Shown here one piece after another: positions 1-9,955 of a stretch of 64,000 nt of DNA. The position numbers were made by a program, and so were the translations under genes. This DNA comes from Candidatus Woesebacteria bacterium RIFCSPLOWO2_01_FULL_44_24b (lineage in GTDB: Bacteria; Patescibacteriota; Microgenomatia; UBA8517). How positions within the stretch are numbered: position 1 is the first letter of the stretch; every line of letters begins with the position of its first letter. The notes beneath the pieces were generated by a model. The model did no database searches. It had not been told where the DNA came from and saw nothing but the letters and a program-made list of their open reading frames with translations. Location: assembly GCA_001793235.1 (NCBI GenBank), contig MGHM01000014.1:3857-67856 (forward strand). Reading direction: 5' to 3'.

Positions 1-117
1 CTTTATTTCTGCGATGGGAATGTTTCTCTTGGCAACTATTACTTTCTTACCCCTTTGCACGAGATCGAGATAATGTGATAGATTAGCCTTTGCCTCATGG
101 ATATTTATTATTAGCAT
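1..117 (-). CDS. Phd/YefM-family (prevent-host-death) type II antitoxin, 3' part outside window
   Basis: Not in the ORF track. Manual translation of the minus strand from 117 gives MLIINIHEAKANLSHYLDLVQRGKKVIVAKRNIPIAEIK, the typical Phd N-terminal pattern. Confidence 0.85.
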   Translation of the reverse strand, partial: MLIINIHEAKANLSHYLDLVQRGKKVIVAKRNIPIAEIK

Positions 118-125
118 ATGTTTAC

Positions 126-154
126 ATACTAGACTAACTATATGGTCAAGTCAA
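126..154 (-). promoter_or_regulatory. sigma70-like promoter of the antitoxin gene (TTGACT-N17-TAGTAT), 8 nt before the ATG
   Basis: Minus strand reads TTGACT tgaccatatagttagtc TAGTAT gtaaacat ATG. An imperfect palindrome in the spacer could be an autoregulatory operator (inference). Confidence 0.6.
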
Positions 155-220
155 CATTTAACGGTCTTTATGTTAATTGCAACTGGAAAGTTTCGGCTAA
201 TATGTATATATTGATATGTA

Positions 221-733
221 ATGGATTACCATTTTTTGCGCCCCAAACGGGTTCGCGAACAACCCGTTAATAGCTCTTATATTTTTAAACTTGTGGGCCG
301 GTTTTTACCAGTATTTTTGCTCGCGGCGATACTGCCTTTTTTGATAGGTTTTGTGGTAGCCCCGCCTGATATTTCTTTTTTAACCCGCGCGGACGCAACT
401 TCCGAGCTTCGTGTGTGGGTGGAACCGGCAAATGTTGTCATGTCTCCGGGCGGAACCACCGAATTCACCGTTCTTGCTCAGTTTGAAGGGGAGGAAAAGT
501 TAATACCCGAGATAACCCTTACATTGACTGCCAGTAGTGGCTTGGTGCTCGAGAACAAGAGTGTTACCTATAAAGTTCCATTCAATGGAAGAGTAGAACT
601 CGGTCGGGTTGGTGTCCGGGCGGAAAGCGCGGGTGAGGCTATGGTTGATATATCCCGGGAAAGCATTAAAATTACAGCCTTTGAATGGCCACTTGAAGTT
701 TCAACTGCACCCGCGAAGGTAATTATAAGATAA
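221..733 (+). CDS. Membrane-anchored hypothetical protein with a predicted beta-sandwich (Ig/cohesin-like) external domain
   Basis: One TM segment (FLPVFLLAAILPFLIGFVV), then TRA-D and a beta-rich domain (ELRVWVEPANVVMSPGGTTEFTVLA). Confidence 0.55.
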   Translation: MDYHFLRPKRVREQPVNSSYIFKLVGRFLPVFLLAAILPFLIGFVVAPPDISFLTRADATSELRVWVEPANVVMSPGGTTEFTVLAQFEGEEKLIPEITLTLTASSGLVLENKSVTYKVPFNGRVELGRVGVRAESAGEAMVDISRESIKITAFEWPLEVSTAPAKVIIR

Positions 734-741
734 CTCGACTC

Positions 742-1194
742 ATGCAATTTTTTCCTGCCCGACACAAAGGATTGACTCTCATAGAGCTTCTTGTTGTGGT
801 TGTAATTATCGGGGTTATGGCAACGCCTCTTCTTTTGACATATCGAAGTCACCGCACAAGTCAAGCACTCCTTAGCTCAGCCGAGACGGTTGCCAACCAT
901 ACTCGCTCGGCGCATGTTTTTGCCCGAGAGGCACGCACTCAGCGCGGATGGGGCGTAAGAAGCACCGGGCAGACTTCTTATTCTATTTTTAGTTTGAGTA
1001 CGGCAGGCACACGCGATGAGCAAAAGTATGTGCTTGATTCAGGGGTGGCTTTTGAGGACGACTTCGAAATTTTATTTGAAATCGGTACAGGCGATACTGC
1101 GCGCGATGCCACCATTGTTTTGGTAAATGCCAATGGCAGAAAGTCAGTTGTGAACGTTGGCCGCTCCGGAGTAGTGGAGGTTATTCATGAGTAA
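742..1194 (+). CDS. Type IV minor pilin, FimU/GspH-like
   Basis: Class III signal G|LTLIELLVVVVIIG with Glu5, followed by a long helix and a small beta domain. Confidence 0.85.
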   Translation: MQFFPARHKGLTLIELLVVVVIIGVMATPLLLTYRSHRTSQALLSSAETVANHTRSAHVFAREARTQRGWGVRSTGQTSYSIFSLSTAGTRDEQKYVLDSGVAFEDDFEILFEIGTGDTARDATIVLVNANGRKSVVNVGRSGVVEVIHE

Positions 1195-1657
1195 AGGATA
1201 TTTTTTGATTGAAGCCTTACTCTCCATTGTTATATTTGCGGTGCTTATACTTTCGGTTTTTTCAATGATAAGCTTCTTGCAAAGGCGTACCATGCGATCC
1301 AGTTTTGAGGCGGAGGCCACGATATTGGTGCAGGATGCAATGGAAATAACCCACACTGTAATTCTTTCTGATTGGGCCGGGTACCCGGACGGCACTTATT
1401 ATCCGGTTTTTAATGCTGATTCTAATTCCTGGATTCTGTTCCCCGGGGAGGAGACAGAGCTTGAAGCCCGCTACAGCCGGAAAGTGGTTTTGCAAAGAGT
1501 GTGCAGGGACTCGCGCGGCGAGCGGATGGATACTTCTCCTTGTCTAGGAGCGCTTGACAACATGAGCCGTGAGGCAGAAGTAACTGTTTCCTGGATGGAG
1601 AGAGACGTAAGCCATGAAATAAGCGCCGAGCTTTTAATACTTAATACAAATGAATAA
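1187..1657 (+). CDS. Type IV minor pilin, PilV/GspI-like
   Basis: KG|YFLIEALLSIVIFA; YSRKVVLQRVCRD...C disulfide loop; C-terminal VTVSW. Confidence 0.8.
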   Translation: MSKGYFLIEALLSIVIFAVLILSVFSMISFLQRRTMRSSFEAEATILVQDAMEITHTVILSDWAGYPDGTYYPVFNADSNSWILFPGEETELEARYSRKVVLQRVCRDSRGERMDTSPCLGALDNMSREAEVTVSWMERDVSHEISAELLILNTNE

Positions 1658-2546
1658 GCATAGCTTGCTGTTTTACAGTAAAGCCTTTACTTTGATTGAA
1701 ATACTGGTGGGGCTTGCGCTCTCCGCTGCAATTTTTGTTGTGACAACAAGTCTGGTCGTCAATATCTTTAGTTCAAGCTTAAAAAGCAGGCAGGCAGAGC
1801 TCATGGAGCAGGTAAAAAATGACCTGAGCGCTGAGTTTGGCAATTCTGTGCGTTGGGCGGACTCGGTTTCTTTTGTTGGCGGCCTGCTTCAAATCGATGC
1901 CCTAAGTTACAAGCTTGATGGCGGCAGACTTTACAAGGGAAGTTCAGCGATTACTCCGGAGGAGGTTGAAATTACTAAATTTGAAATTACAAAATATGAA
2001 AGTCAGGGTTCTGCGGAGGGGAGTGGCTCAGGCTTGACCTCACAGTACTTTAATAATGAAGATTTTACAGCGCTCGCCTTTACCCAAAAAGATTTTAATA
2101 TTGATTTTGACTGGGGAGAGGGCTCACCCGACGATTTATTGGATATTGATACCTTTTCGGTCAGGTTTACCGGAGAGGTTTTAGCTCCGCGCGCCGGGGA
2201 TTATGTTTTTTATGTCGACTCTGACGATAGTGCCAGGCTTTGGGTTGACAGCAACCTGATTATTGATGACTGGGCAATACCCGGTTTTTCTGAAGTGTCT
2301 GAGAGGATAAGACTTACCGAAGGCCGCCACGATATCCGCCTTGATTATGTTGAAAATTTTGGTCCTGCTCGGTTGCGTCTAGCATGGAGTTATCCGGGAC
2401 AGGGAAAAGAAGCAATTCCTACTGTTAATCTCTTTCCAAAGTCAGGACCGGTAAGCATTAAAATTGCAGTGGAAATGAGAGTAAAAGTCAGTCAGTCGCA
2501 GGTGGACAGTCTTAGCCTGATATTGTCACCAAGAAGCGGGATATGA
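1650..2546 (+). CDS. Type IV minor pilin, PilW/GspJ-like, with an inserted PA14 carbohydrate-binding domain
   Basis: KA|FTLIEILVGLALSA; PA14 motifs GLTSQYFNN, IDFDWGEGSP, FSVRFTG, SDDSARLWVD, GRHDIRLDYVEN. Confidence 0.85.
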   Translation: MNKHSLLFYSKAFTLIEILVGLALSAAIFVVTTSLVVNIFSSSLKSRQAELMEQVKNDLSAEFGNSVRWADSVSFVGGLLQIDALSYKLDGGRLYKGSSAITPEEVEITKFEITKYESQGSAEGSGSGLTSQYFNNEDFTALAFTQKDFNIDFDWGEGSPDDLLDIDTFSVRFTGEVLAPRAGDYVFYVDSDDSARLWVDSNLIIDDWAIPGFSEVSERIRLTEGRHDIRLDYVENFGPARLRLAWSYPGQGKEAIPTVNLFPKSGPVSIKIAVEMRVKVSQSQVDSLSLILSPRSGI

Positions 2547-3706
2547 GCAAAAAATTACAAAATGGGGCAATCACAGCGATATTTTTAGCGGTAGTTGCCT
2601 TGGTGCTGACGCTTATTTTGGCAGCAACACAATCTCAACTTCTCTTGTCTATTCGCCGAAGTCAGTCTGCGGCCGACATTTTAATAGCCACATATGGGGC
2701 TGAAAGTGAGGTAAACGATATTATGGCAAAGCTGAGTGGTGGCTACCTTGCCGATGCCGACATTGCCAGGACCACGAAAAACATAGGAGATACAACACTG
2801 ACAATTGAAGGGGAAGACCAGGGAGAAACTCAGATTGTAACGGTTACGGCCTCGCGGGGTTATGCTGTTGGCAAGGTGCAAGGGATTAGGAGAGTGCTTT
2901 CAGTTGAAGAGGTAGACGATGTGGAGTTAGTACTGACTCTGGACTGTACGAGCAGTATGGACGCTCGAGATGCATCCGCAAGCTGTACTGGCAGTAGTTG
3001 CCCCACAAGATTTAATGCACTGGAAGAGGCGGCCATAAATTTTGTGAATAATATTGAGAGGCAGGAAGATGCCGACAAGTTTAAACTGGGCGTTGCAATA
3101 TTTGGCAAGAGTTCGGCATGGCTTCAGTCAAACGGCCGGGACATTACACCGGAGTCGGGTATGAGTTTTAGTGAAATAAGGACGGCCATAGAGGCTGGTA
3201 TCAATACTGTTAGGCGTGGTGGCCAATGTGAAAGAGTGCTGGATGGCACGAGTATCGGCACAGCCTACAGGCATGGTCATAACTACTTGGTTACTACAAA
3301 AAACCCCGACACCAAGCAGATAGAAATTGTTATTACAGATGGCGAGCCGAATTCCAGAACTACTGATAGCGCTTGTCCACCCAGCATTGCCTGCGGCCCG
3401 AATTCCGCGTGTGAGCCAGCTGCAAAGAATTATTTGAGGTGTACCCTGGCGGACAATCTGACTTTTGTTCCGGAAATCAGCCAAAACGGTGCGAGGGACC
3501 CTGAAGTCGATGCCTATGCGGTGACCATTTTTGACAGGCCTCCAACGGACGTGGTTACCATTTTCAGAAATTATGCAACCGAGGATGGTTATTTTAATGC
3601 CAGTCGGGCATCTGAATTGACCAACATTTTGGAGGGAATTTTAGATAAGATATTAGAAGACCGCTCAACCGTGACTATCAAAAGAGTAATACCAACGCTT
3701 GAATAA
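2543..3706 (+). CDS. Type IV minor pilin, PilX/GspK-like, with a von Willebrand A domain
   Basis: NG|AITAIFLAVVALVL lacks Glu5, as in K/X-type pilins. MIDAS-like LTLDCTSSM ... GTSIG ... VITDGEPN; 8 Cys. Confidence 0.8.
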   Translation: MSKKLQNGAITAIFLAVVALVLTLILAATQSQLLLSIRRSQSAADILIATYGAESEVNDIMAKLSGGYLADADIARTTKNIGDTTLTIEGEDQGETQIVTVTASRGYAVGKVQGIRRVLSVEEVDDVELVLTLDCTSSMDARDASASCTGSSCPTRFNALEEAAINFVNNIERQEDADKFKLGVAIFGKSSAWLQSNGRDITPESGMSFSEIRTAIEAGINTVRRGGQCERVLDGTSIGTAYRHGHNYLVTTKNPDTKQIEIVITDGEPNSRTTDSACPPSIACGPNSACEPAAKNYLRCTLADNLTFVPEISQNGARDPEVDAYAVTIFDRPPTDVVTIFRNYATEDGYFNASRASELTNILEGILDKILEDRSTVTIKRVIPTLE

Positions 3707-3707
3707 T

Positions 3708-4577
3708 ATGAATATAAGTTTATCTCTTGCCCATTTGCTGATTCCCAGGCACACCAACAATTATAAGGCTAAAGTTCTTACGACTTCATCGCTTTTGAGT
3801 TTGGCAACTCTTTTTGTACTGGTGCATACAATCCTTGGTATTTTGTCGGCCCCGCGGGTCGCAGTATTGGGTTATGCCTCGAGCATTTCGCCAGATAAAG
3901 TGATCGAGCTTACGAATGTCCAGCGTCTTGAGGCTGGGGTTGGCAAAGTTATTTACAGCCAGGAGCTTGAGAACGCAGCGAGGCTTAAAGCCGAGGACAT
4001 GCTCGCAAAAGACTATTGGGCGCATACAGCTCCGGATGGAACGGAGCCTTGGGATTTTTTTAAGTCGGTTGGCTACGTTTACCGCTTCGCCGGTGAGAAT
4101 CTTGCCCGTGATTTTTCAAATTCTGAGAGTGCAGTTGAGGCTTGGTTGGCCTCACCCTCACATCGCGAGAATATGCTCTCCGGCAAGTATACCGAAATTG
4201 GCGTGGCGGTTATTGAGGGGGACTTAAACGGTAAAGATACTACTTTGATTGTCCAGCTTTTCGGCACGCCAAGAACGGCAGCACCAGCAATCCCCGAGGT
4301 TGCAGCAGAAGTTGGGCTTCCAAGTGTAAATGCTGCCCCGCCGGTACTTGCCCAAAAGTCAGAACCTGCTCCAATAGTTGCGGCCAATAGTTTTGACTTG
4401 ATGAGGGCATTTACGGTCGGCGTGGTTGCGATTCTCCTTGTGGTTTTTGCCACGGATGTCGTGGTCATTAGTAGGCGCGGAATCACGAGGATGGGAGGCA
4501 AAACTCTGGCACATCTATCCTTTATGGTTATGATTTTGGTAATATTATTTATAGTTCGAGCAGGGGAAATTATATGA
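3708..4577 (+). CDS. CAP (SCP/PR-1) domain membrane protein
   Basis: IELTNVQR, DYWAH, AGENLA, WLASPSHRENML; N-terminal TM and two C-terminal TMs. Start moved to ATG 3708. Confidence 0.9.
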   Translation: MNISLSLAHLLIPRHTNNYKAKVLTTSSLLSLATLFVLVHTILGILSAPRVAVLGYASSISPDKVIELTNVQRLEAGVGKVIYSQELENAARLKAEDMLAKDYWAHTAPDGTEPWDFFKSVGYVYRFAGENLARDFSNSESAVEAWLASPSHRENMLSGKYTEIGVAVIEGDLNGKDTTLIVQLFGTPRTAAPAIPEVAAEVGLPSVNAAPPVLAQKSEPAPIVAANSFDLMRAFTVGVVAILLVVFATDVVVISRRGITRMGGKTLAHLSFMVMILVILFIVRAGEII

Positions 4578-4837
4578 ATAAAAAACACTTAAAACATCTT
4601 CCACATTTCGTTCCTCTTTTGGGCATATTCGGAGCGGGGATACTGGCGTTTTTGTTGTTTTCTTACGATAAACAATTTCAGATTGGAGTTGCCGTTTCAG
4701 TCGCCGCAGCCCACTTGACCTGGGGCATAGTTCACCATATGGTCCATGGAGACGTGACTCCCGAAATCATTCTGGAATATTTGGCGGTTTCTGTGCTTGG
4801 GCTTGCCGCCATTCTTTCGGTAATTCTTCACACGTAG
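4574..4837 (+). CDS. Small 3-TM hypothetical membrane protein
   Basis: ATGA overlap with the CAP gene; three hydrophobic segments; WGIVHH and LEY motifs. Confidence 0.7.
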   Translation: MNKKHLKHLPHFVPLLGIFGAGILAFLLFSYDKQFQIGVAVSVAAAHLTWGIVHHMVHGDVTPEIILEYLAVSVLGLAAILSVILHT

Positions 4838-4854
4838 TGCTATAATTTCTGGGT

Positions 4855-5364
4855 ATGAAAAACTTAAATAGTAATGGTCATTTCGTGAGTCCTTCGGTGG
4901 GCGCCCTTTCGGTGCCAAGGATGATTAGTGAAATAACCAACTTTGTGAAAAGCGACCCGGGCAGCTACTACAAGCTCGTTATTGGAACGGACTCACAGGT
5001 GCGTCATACCAATGGTCTTGCCGAATGTGATTATGTGACGGCGATAATAATTCATAGGTTGGGCACAGGAGCGAAGTATTTTTGGAAGAAGGAGAAAGTC
5101 AAAATTGCCCCGGTTTTGAGAGATAAAATTTACAAAGAAACTACAATGTCCCTGAATGCAGCTGAGACCCTGGTGCCTGAAATCAGAAAAAGTATCAACG
5201 GAAGTGGTAAATATGAGCTGGAAATTCATATTGATGTGGGTAAGCAGGGCCCAACGCGTGAGATGATAAAAGAAGTTGTTGGTATGGTAACCGGTTCGGG
5301 CTATGTGGCCAAAACTAAACCAGATAGTTGGGGGGCGAGTTCAGTTGCCGACAAGCATACATAA
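4855..5364 (+). CDS. Ribonuclease H-like YkuK (DUF458) family protein
   Basis: VIGTDSQ, EIHIDVG, GPTREMIKEVVGMV, KPDSWGASSVAD. Confidence 0.85.
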   Translation: MKNLNSNGHFVSPSVGALSVPRMISEITNFVKSDPGSYYKLVIGTDSQVRHTNGLAECDYVTAIIIHRLGTGAKYFWKKEKVKIAPVLRDKIYKETTMSLNAAETLVPEIRKSINGSGKYELEIHIDVGKQGPTREMIKEVVGMVTGSGYVAKTKPDSWGASSVADKHT

Positions 5365-5366
5365 AA

Positions 5367-6554
5367 ATGTCTGCAGAACAGGGATCATTTATACAAAGCC
5401 AGAAAGCACGGATAGATTCCTTGGTCAGGAGAAGAAAGTATGAGCGATTATTGGCTTTCCGCTTGGAAGAGCAGGATTTCGCTACTTCTATTTATCTGAG
5501 AGTCTTCGATGAAGTTCTTCAAGACCCGGATGTTGATCTAGCTGCCGTCAGAGAAGATATAAATAAATCTTGCAGCAGCTTAGAAGAAACGCGCTTTCTT
5601 AATCAATTTGTATACGACCTAGAGTTAACTCAACAAAAAGTGTTTCTTACCGAAGGACTGATTAAACATACTCTTGAAAGGAATTCATTACAACCGACGG
5701 GGGAGAGAATTGGGAAAGCACTTTTTCTTAGTGGCGTCGGAGCAGATCCGGTTGGAGAGGTAAAAGCGTCTGTTGGAATTGCTTCGTTAAAGATATATAT
5801 CGGAAGTCGCACCGACTACGTGAGGTTATATGGTAAGTTCTCTGTAGGTACTGGTTTCTTCAAGCCATATCAGAAAGTGATGCTACCTCTGGAAGGGACT
5901 CAATATGCTACCAGTATTCCCCTATCAGTTATATTTACAGGGGAAGGAAGGTCAGAGAATCAAATTCGTCAAACTGAAATGCATGAGGAGGCCCATGCAA
6001 TTAATCAAAGGCTTATAGTAACCCGTGCTACACTTTATAGTAAGGAAAGGAAACAATGGCAACTGTACCACGGTGGCAAAATAGAAGATTTAGTCAAGTC
6101 CTTCGACCGTGACCAAGAAATAGCAGAAGCAGGCATACCATTAATTTCAAGCCTTTTTGGTAGGAGGTCTGCGAGGTTAGCAACACTGGTCGAAGCGAGT
6201 TCGTATAAATTTGCCATGTCCCGCGCCCAGGATGAAATTATTGCCATGCAATCTTCGAACGGTTCATATTGGGAGTTTATATTCTCGTATGATCCTTATG
6301 ACTATTACCAAGGGGTGGGTTTAAGGTTGTCTCAATTGGGTTATTCCCATTTAGGTCAATGCGTAGATAAGTCCAGGGACAGATATTTGAAATCTTTAGA
6401 AAGTATTTTTGAGTATGTTGGTTTGGTTCGTTCGCAGATTGCAGAGGATGAGCAAGAGAAATTGACTCAATTACTTCGGGAAATCCCAATCAGCAGATGG
6501 AAAAGGGAATTGAGAAGGAGATATGGAGTATCAGTTATTGATGAGCGTATTTGA
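5367..6554 (+). CDS. Hypothetical soluble protein with an HEXXH zincin-like motif
   Basis: TEMHEEAHAIN plus downstream AQDEIIA. Start set at ATG 5367, just after the upstream stop. Confidence 0.55.
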   Translation: MSAEQGSFIQSQKARIDSLVRRRKYERLLAFRLEEQDFATSIYLRVFDEVLQDPDVDLAAVREDINKSCSSLEETRFLNQFVYDLELTQQKVFLTEGLIKHTLERNSLQPTGERIGKALFLSGVGADPVGEVKASVGIASLKIYIGSRTDYVRLYGKFSVGTGFFKPYQKVMLPLEGTQYATSIPLSVIFTGEGRSENQIRQTEMHEEAHAINQRLIVTRATLYSKERKQWQLYHGGKIEDLVKSFDRDQEIAEAGIPLISSLFGRRSARLATLVEASSYKFAMSRAQDEIIAMQSSNGSYWEFIFSYDPYDYYQGVGLRLSQLGYSHLGQCVDKSRDRYLKSLESIFEYVGLVRSQIAEDEQEKLTQLLREIPISRWKRELRRRYGVSVIDERI

Positions 6555-6576
6555 TGTATAATTTAACTCTCAGTTT

Positions 6577-7434
6577 ATGAAGGGCATAATTCTTTCGGGT
6601 GGGAATGGAACGAGACTTTATCCGTTAACCAAAGCTATCAGTAAGCAGTTGATGCCTATTTTTGACAAGCCGATGATTTATTATCCCCTTTCAACTCTTC
6701 TTCAGGCCGGCATCTGTGAAATACTAATTATTTCGACTCCAAAGGACCTTCCAAAATTTGTGGAACTGCTTGGCGACGGCTCGCAAATAGGCTGCGAGTT
6801 CAGTTACAAAATTCAGGAGTCTCCCCGGGGACTTGCGGACGCCTTCATAGTTGGAGAAGAATTTATCGGCAAAGACAAAGTCGCCATGATTTTGGGAGAT
6901 AATATATTTTACGGTGCTCAGATCGATAAACAGACTAGGAAATTTCTCGACGTAGATGGAGCGGTTGGTTTTGCTGCACATGTTCATGACCCCGAGCGTT
7001 ACGGCGTTTACGAGTTTGATGAAGACATGAATGTGCTTTCAATTGAAGAAAAGCCGGCTCGTCCAAAATCTAATTATGCCAATGCCGGGCTTTATTTTTG
7101 CGATAATGAGGTTACCCAAATCGCAAAAAAAGTTAAGCCTTCGGCCCGGGGTGAGCTTGAAATTACGTCGGTTTTGGAAGCTTATCGAAAGCGGGGAAAG
7201 CTGAAGGTTTGTTTGCTAGACAGGGGTTCTGCGTGGCTTGATACCGGAACTTTTGATTCCATGATGAAAGCCTCCCAGTTCGTTCAGGTTGTTGAAGAAA
7301 GACAAGGCCTTAAAGTAGGCTGTATTGAAGAGATTGCCTACCGTAAAGGGTATATCACGAAAAAGCAGCTTCAAAAATTGGCAGAGGGACTCCTGAAAAG
7401 CGGATATGGAAAATATTTAATGGAGATTACATGA
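6577..7434 (+). CDS. rmlA: Glucose-1-phosphate thymidylyltransferase
   Basis: [60 protein letters not shown]. Confidence 0.97.
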   Translation: MKGIILSGGNGTRLYPLTKAISKQLMPIFDKPMIYYPLSTLLQAGICEILIISTPKDLPKFVELLGDGSQIGCEFSYKIQESPRGLADAFIVGEEFIGKDKVAMILGDNIFYGAQIDKQTRKFLDVDGAVGFAAHVHDPERYGVYEFDEDMNVLSIEEKPARPKSNYANAGLYFCDNEVTQIAKKVKPSARGELEITSVLEAYRKRGKLKVCLLDRGSAWLDTGTFDSMMKASQFVQVVEERQGLKVGCIEEIAYRKGYITKKQLQKLAEGLLKSGYGKYLMEIT

Positions 7435-8441
7435 GCAATGTTCTGGTTACAGGCGGCTGCGGCTTTATTGGTAGTAATTTTATTCGCTCTTGGCTCAAGA
7501 GTTACCCTAAGGACAAAATAATCAATTTGGACAAGCTCACTTACGCGGGGCACATTTCGTCGCTTCGCGATGTTGAAAAAGACAAAAATTACAAATTCGT
7601 AAAAGGGGATATTTGTGATTCAAAATTAGTGGCGAAAGTGGTGAATGAAGTCGAAACCGTTGTGCATTTTGCAGCAGAGAGCCACGTTGACCGCTCAGTT
7701 GTGGGCCCTGCAGTTTTTGTAAAGACAAATGTTTTGGGAACGCAGGTGCTACTGGATGCAGCTGTAAAGTATAAAGTTAAGCATTTTCATCACATTTCTA
7801 CAGATGAAGTGTTCGGGGCACTTCCTCTAAGCTCCGGTGAAAAATTCCGTGAAAATACTAATTATGACCCCAGAAGTCCGTATTCGGCTTCAAAAGCCGC
7901 TTCAGATCACTTAGTGCGGGCCTACTTTCATACTTTTAATTTGCCAACAACCATTACAAATTGCGCCAATAATTATGGTCCTTATCATGATCCGGAGAAA
8001 CTTTTTCCTCGGATGATTACGGATCTTATCGACGGGAGCCCAGTAAAAATATATGGAGATGGAAAGTATGTTCGCGATTGGCTCCATGTAGAGGACCACA
8101 TTAGAGCCATTGATTTGGTTATTAAAAAGGGAAAGATTGGGGAAACTTATCTGGTCGGGAGCACAATAAAGGAAATTAACAATCTAGCGGTTGCCAGAAA
8201 GCTGATAAAGCTATTTGGGAAAAGTGAGAAAGAATATATAAAGTTTGTCAAAGACCGCCCCGGGCATGACAGAAGATATGCAATTGACTGGAGCAAACTC
8301 GCGCGCCTGGGTTGGAAGCCGAAGTATGACCTTGATACCGGGCTCAATGAGACAGTAGAATGGTACAGGCAAAACGAATGGTGGTGGAGGCTGCTAAAAG
8401 CGCGAGCTGAGAAGCTATATGAAAAAACCGGGCAAAAATAA
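7431..8441 (+). CDS. rmlB: dTDP-glucose 4,6-dehydratase
   Basis: [49 protein letters not shown]. Confidence 0.97.
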   Translation: MSNVLVTGGCGFIGSNFIRSWLKSYPKDKIINLDKLTYAGHISSLRDVEKDKNYKFVKGDICDSKLVAKVVNEVETVVHFAAESHVDRSVVGPAVFVKTNVLGTQVLLDAAVKYKVKHFHHISTDEVFGALPLSSGEKFRENTNYDPRSPYSASKAASDHLVRAYFHTFNLPTTITNCANNYGPYHDPEKLFPRMITDLIDGSPVKIYGDGKYVRDWLHVEDHIRAIDLVIKKGKIGETYLVGSTIKEINNLAVARKLIKLFGKSEKEYIKFVKDRPGHDRRYAIDWSKLARLGWKPKYDLDTGLNETVEWYRQNEWWWRLLKARAEKLYEKTGQK

Positions 8442-9006
8442 CTTTTTAGATATAAAATTGGAAAGTCATCCCAAGAATGTTACCGTTGATTGGCTTCAAG
8501 AACTTGAGAAGTCAGGTAAATTTGCTGTGCAGGGTATTTATAAGTCCCCGACAATAGAAGGCGTGATACTAAAAGAGTTGAATGTACTAGTAGACGGAAG
8601 AGGAGACGTTATCGAATTGTGGAGCAGGCCTTGGGTTGAAAAAGAAGGTTTTGTGGTGCCCGAACATTGTTATCAAAGCGCGACCGACTTCGGTGTTACA
8701 AAATGCTGGCATCTGCATGCAATTCACACCGATCAATTCACTGTTACGAGAGGTAAACTGCAGGTACTACTTGTTGACATAAGAGAAAAGTCTCCGACCT
8801 TTGGCCACGTAAACTCTGTATTCTTGGGGACACAAAAGCCCAGGCTTCTAAAAATTCCACCCGGTATTATGCATGGATGGAAAGCATTAACCCGACCCGA
8901 AGTCATCGTGGTAAATTTTCAATCTCATGTTTATTTGGCGGAAGATGAATTTAAGTATCCCTGGAATTGTGTTTTAGAACATGCCTGGGAGCCTAATAAT
9001 GGCTAA
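8419..9006 (+). CDS. rmlC: dTDP-4-dehydrorhamnose 3,5-epimerase family (RmlC-like cupin)
   Basis: IEGVILKEL..DGRG..E, WHLH, DIREKSPTFG, IPPGIMHG; lies between rmlB and rmlD. Confidence 0.8.
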   Translation: MKKPGKNNFLDIKLESHPKNVTVDWLQELEKSGKFAVQGIYKSPTIEGVILKELNVLVDGRGDVIELWSRPWVEKEGFVVPEHCYQSATDFGVTKCWHLHAIHTDQFTVTRGKLQVLLVDIREKSPTFGHVNSVFLGTQKPRLLKIPPGIMHGWKALTRPEVIVVNFQSHVYLAEDEFKYPWNCVLEHAWEPNNG

Positions 9007-9892
9007 AATTATAACCTTTGGTGCAAAAGGAATGGTTGGTTCACGAGTTCTAGAGCTTCTTGGTAAGGACTTTGAGTTCGTGGCTCCCGACGAGAGAGAA
9101 GTGGATATAACCAAAGGCGAGAAGCTCAAAGCATATTTGGGTAAAGAAAAACCTCAAGTTATTATTAATTTCGCTGCGATTACGGATGTCAACACCTGTG
9201 AAACGGAGCGTGAAAATAAAGAAGGCATTGTTTGGAAAGTCAACGCTCTTGCCCCCGGGTATCTTTCAGAACTTTCTCACAAAAATAATTTTTTTATGGT
9301 TCAGATTTCTACTGACATGGTATTTCCGGGCTCAGAAGAAGACTCCGGGCCATATGACGAGTCGCACAAAACCGGGAACGACCAAAATTTAGCCTGGTAT
9401 GGGGCCAGTAAAGCCGAGGGCGAAGCCGCATCCCTTGGCGAAGAAGGCAATGCCGTCGTTCGAATAATTTACCCGGCTCGAGCGCACTTCCCCCAAAAGT
9501 TGGACTATGCAAGGAAGATTTTGGCGCTTCATGACGAGGGCAAGCTTTACCCTATGCTTATTAATCAACAAATGAATATCACTTACATCGATGAGCTGGC
9601 AGAAGCTTTGAAAGTTATAGCTTCAAGGCGGCTCAGTGGAATATACCATGTTGCCTCGGCTGATTTAACTACTCCGTATGAATTTGCATCTTATTTAATA
9701 GAAAAAGCGCGTGGGGTAAAGAATGTGGTACAAAAAAACACTTTTGACGAGTTTATTAAAGGCCGAGATAGACGGCGCTACCCTCAATTTGGCGGGTTAA
9801 AGGTTGAAAAAACTCAATTAACTCTGGGTGTACAGTTTTCTTCCTGGAGGGAAATAGTTGATAGCCTCATTTCCAGCTTGCAATTTGAGTAA
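8999..9892 (+). CDS. rmlD: dTDP-4-dehydrorhamnose reductase family
   Basis: GAKGMVG, INFAAITDVNTCE, ISTDMVF, YGASK. Start set at ATG 8999. Confidence 0.85.
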   Translation: MAKIITFGAKGMVGSRVLELLGKDFEFVAPDEREVDITKGEKLKAYLGKEKPQVIINFAAITDVNTCETERENKEGIVWKVNALAPGYLSELSHKNNFFMVQISTDMVFPGSEEDSGPYDESHKTGNDQNLAWYGASKAEGEAASLGEEGNAVVRIIYPARAHFPQKLDYARKILALHDEGKLYPMLINQQMNITYIDELAEALKVIASRRLSGIYHVASADLTTPYEFASYLIEKARGVKNVVQKNTFDEFIKGRDRRRYPQFGGLKVEKTQLTLGVQFSSWREIVDSLISSLQFE

Positions 9893-9955
9893 TCCTCTAA
9901 TATAATACTATATCCCAGTTTACCTGCTCATTTGTTGCGTGGGGAAAACAATATT

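Noticed and set aside
4574-4837. Possible cytochrome o oxidase subunit IV
   Set aside because: The similarity is only in size and TM count, and no other oxidase subunits are nearby.
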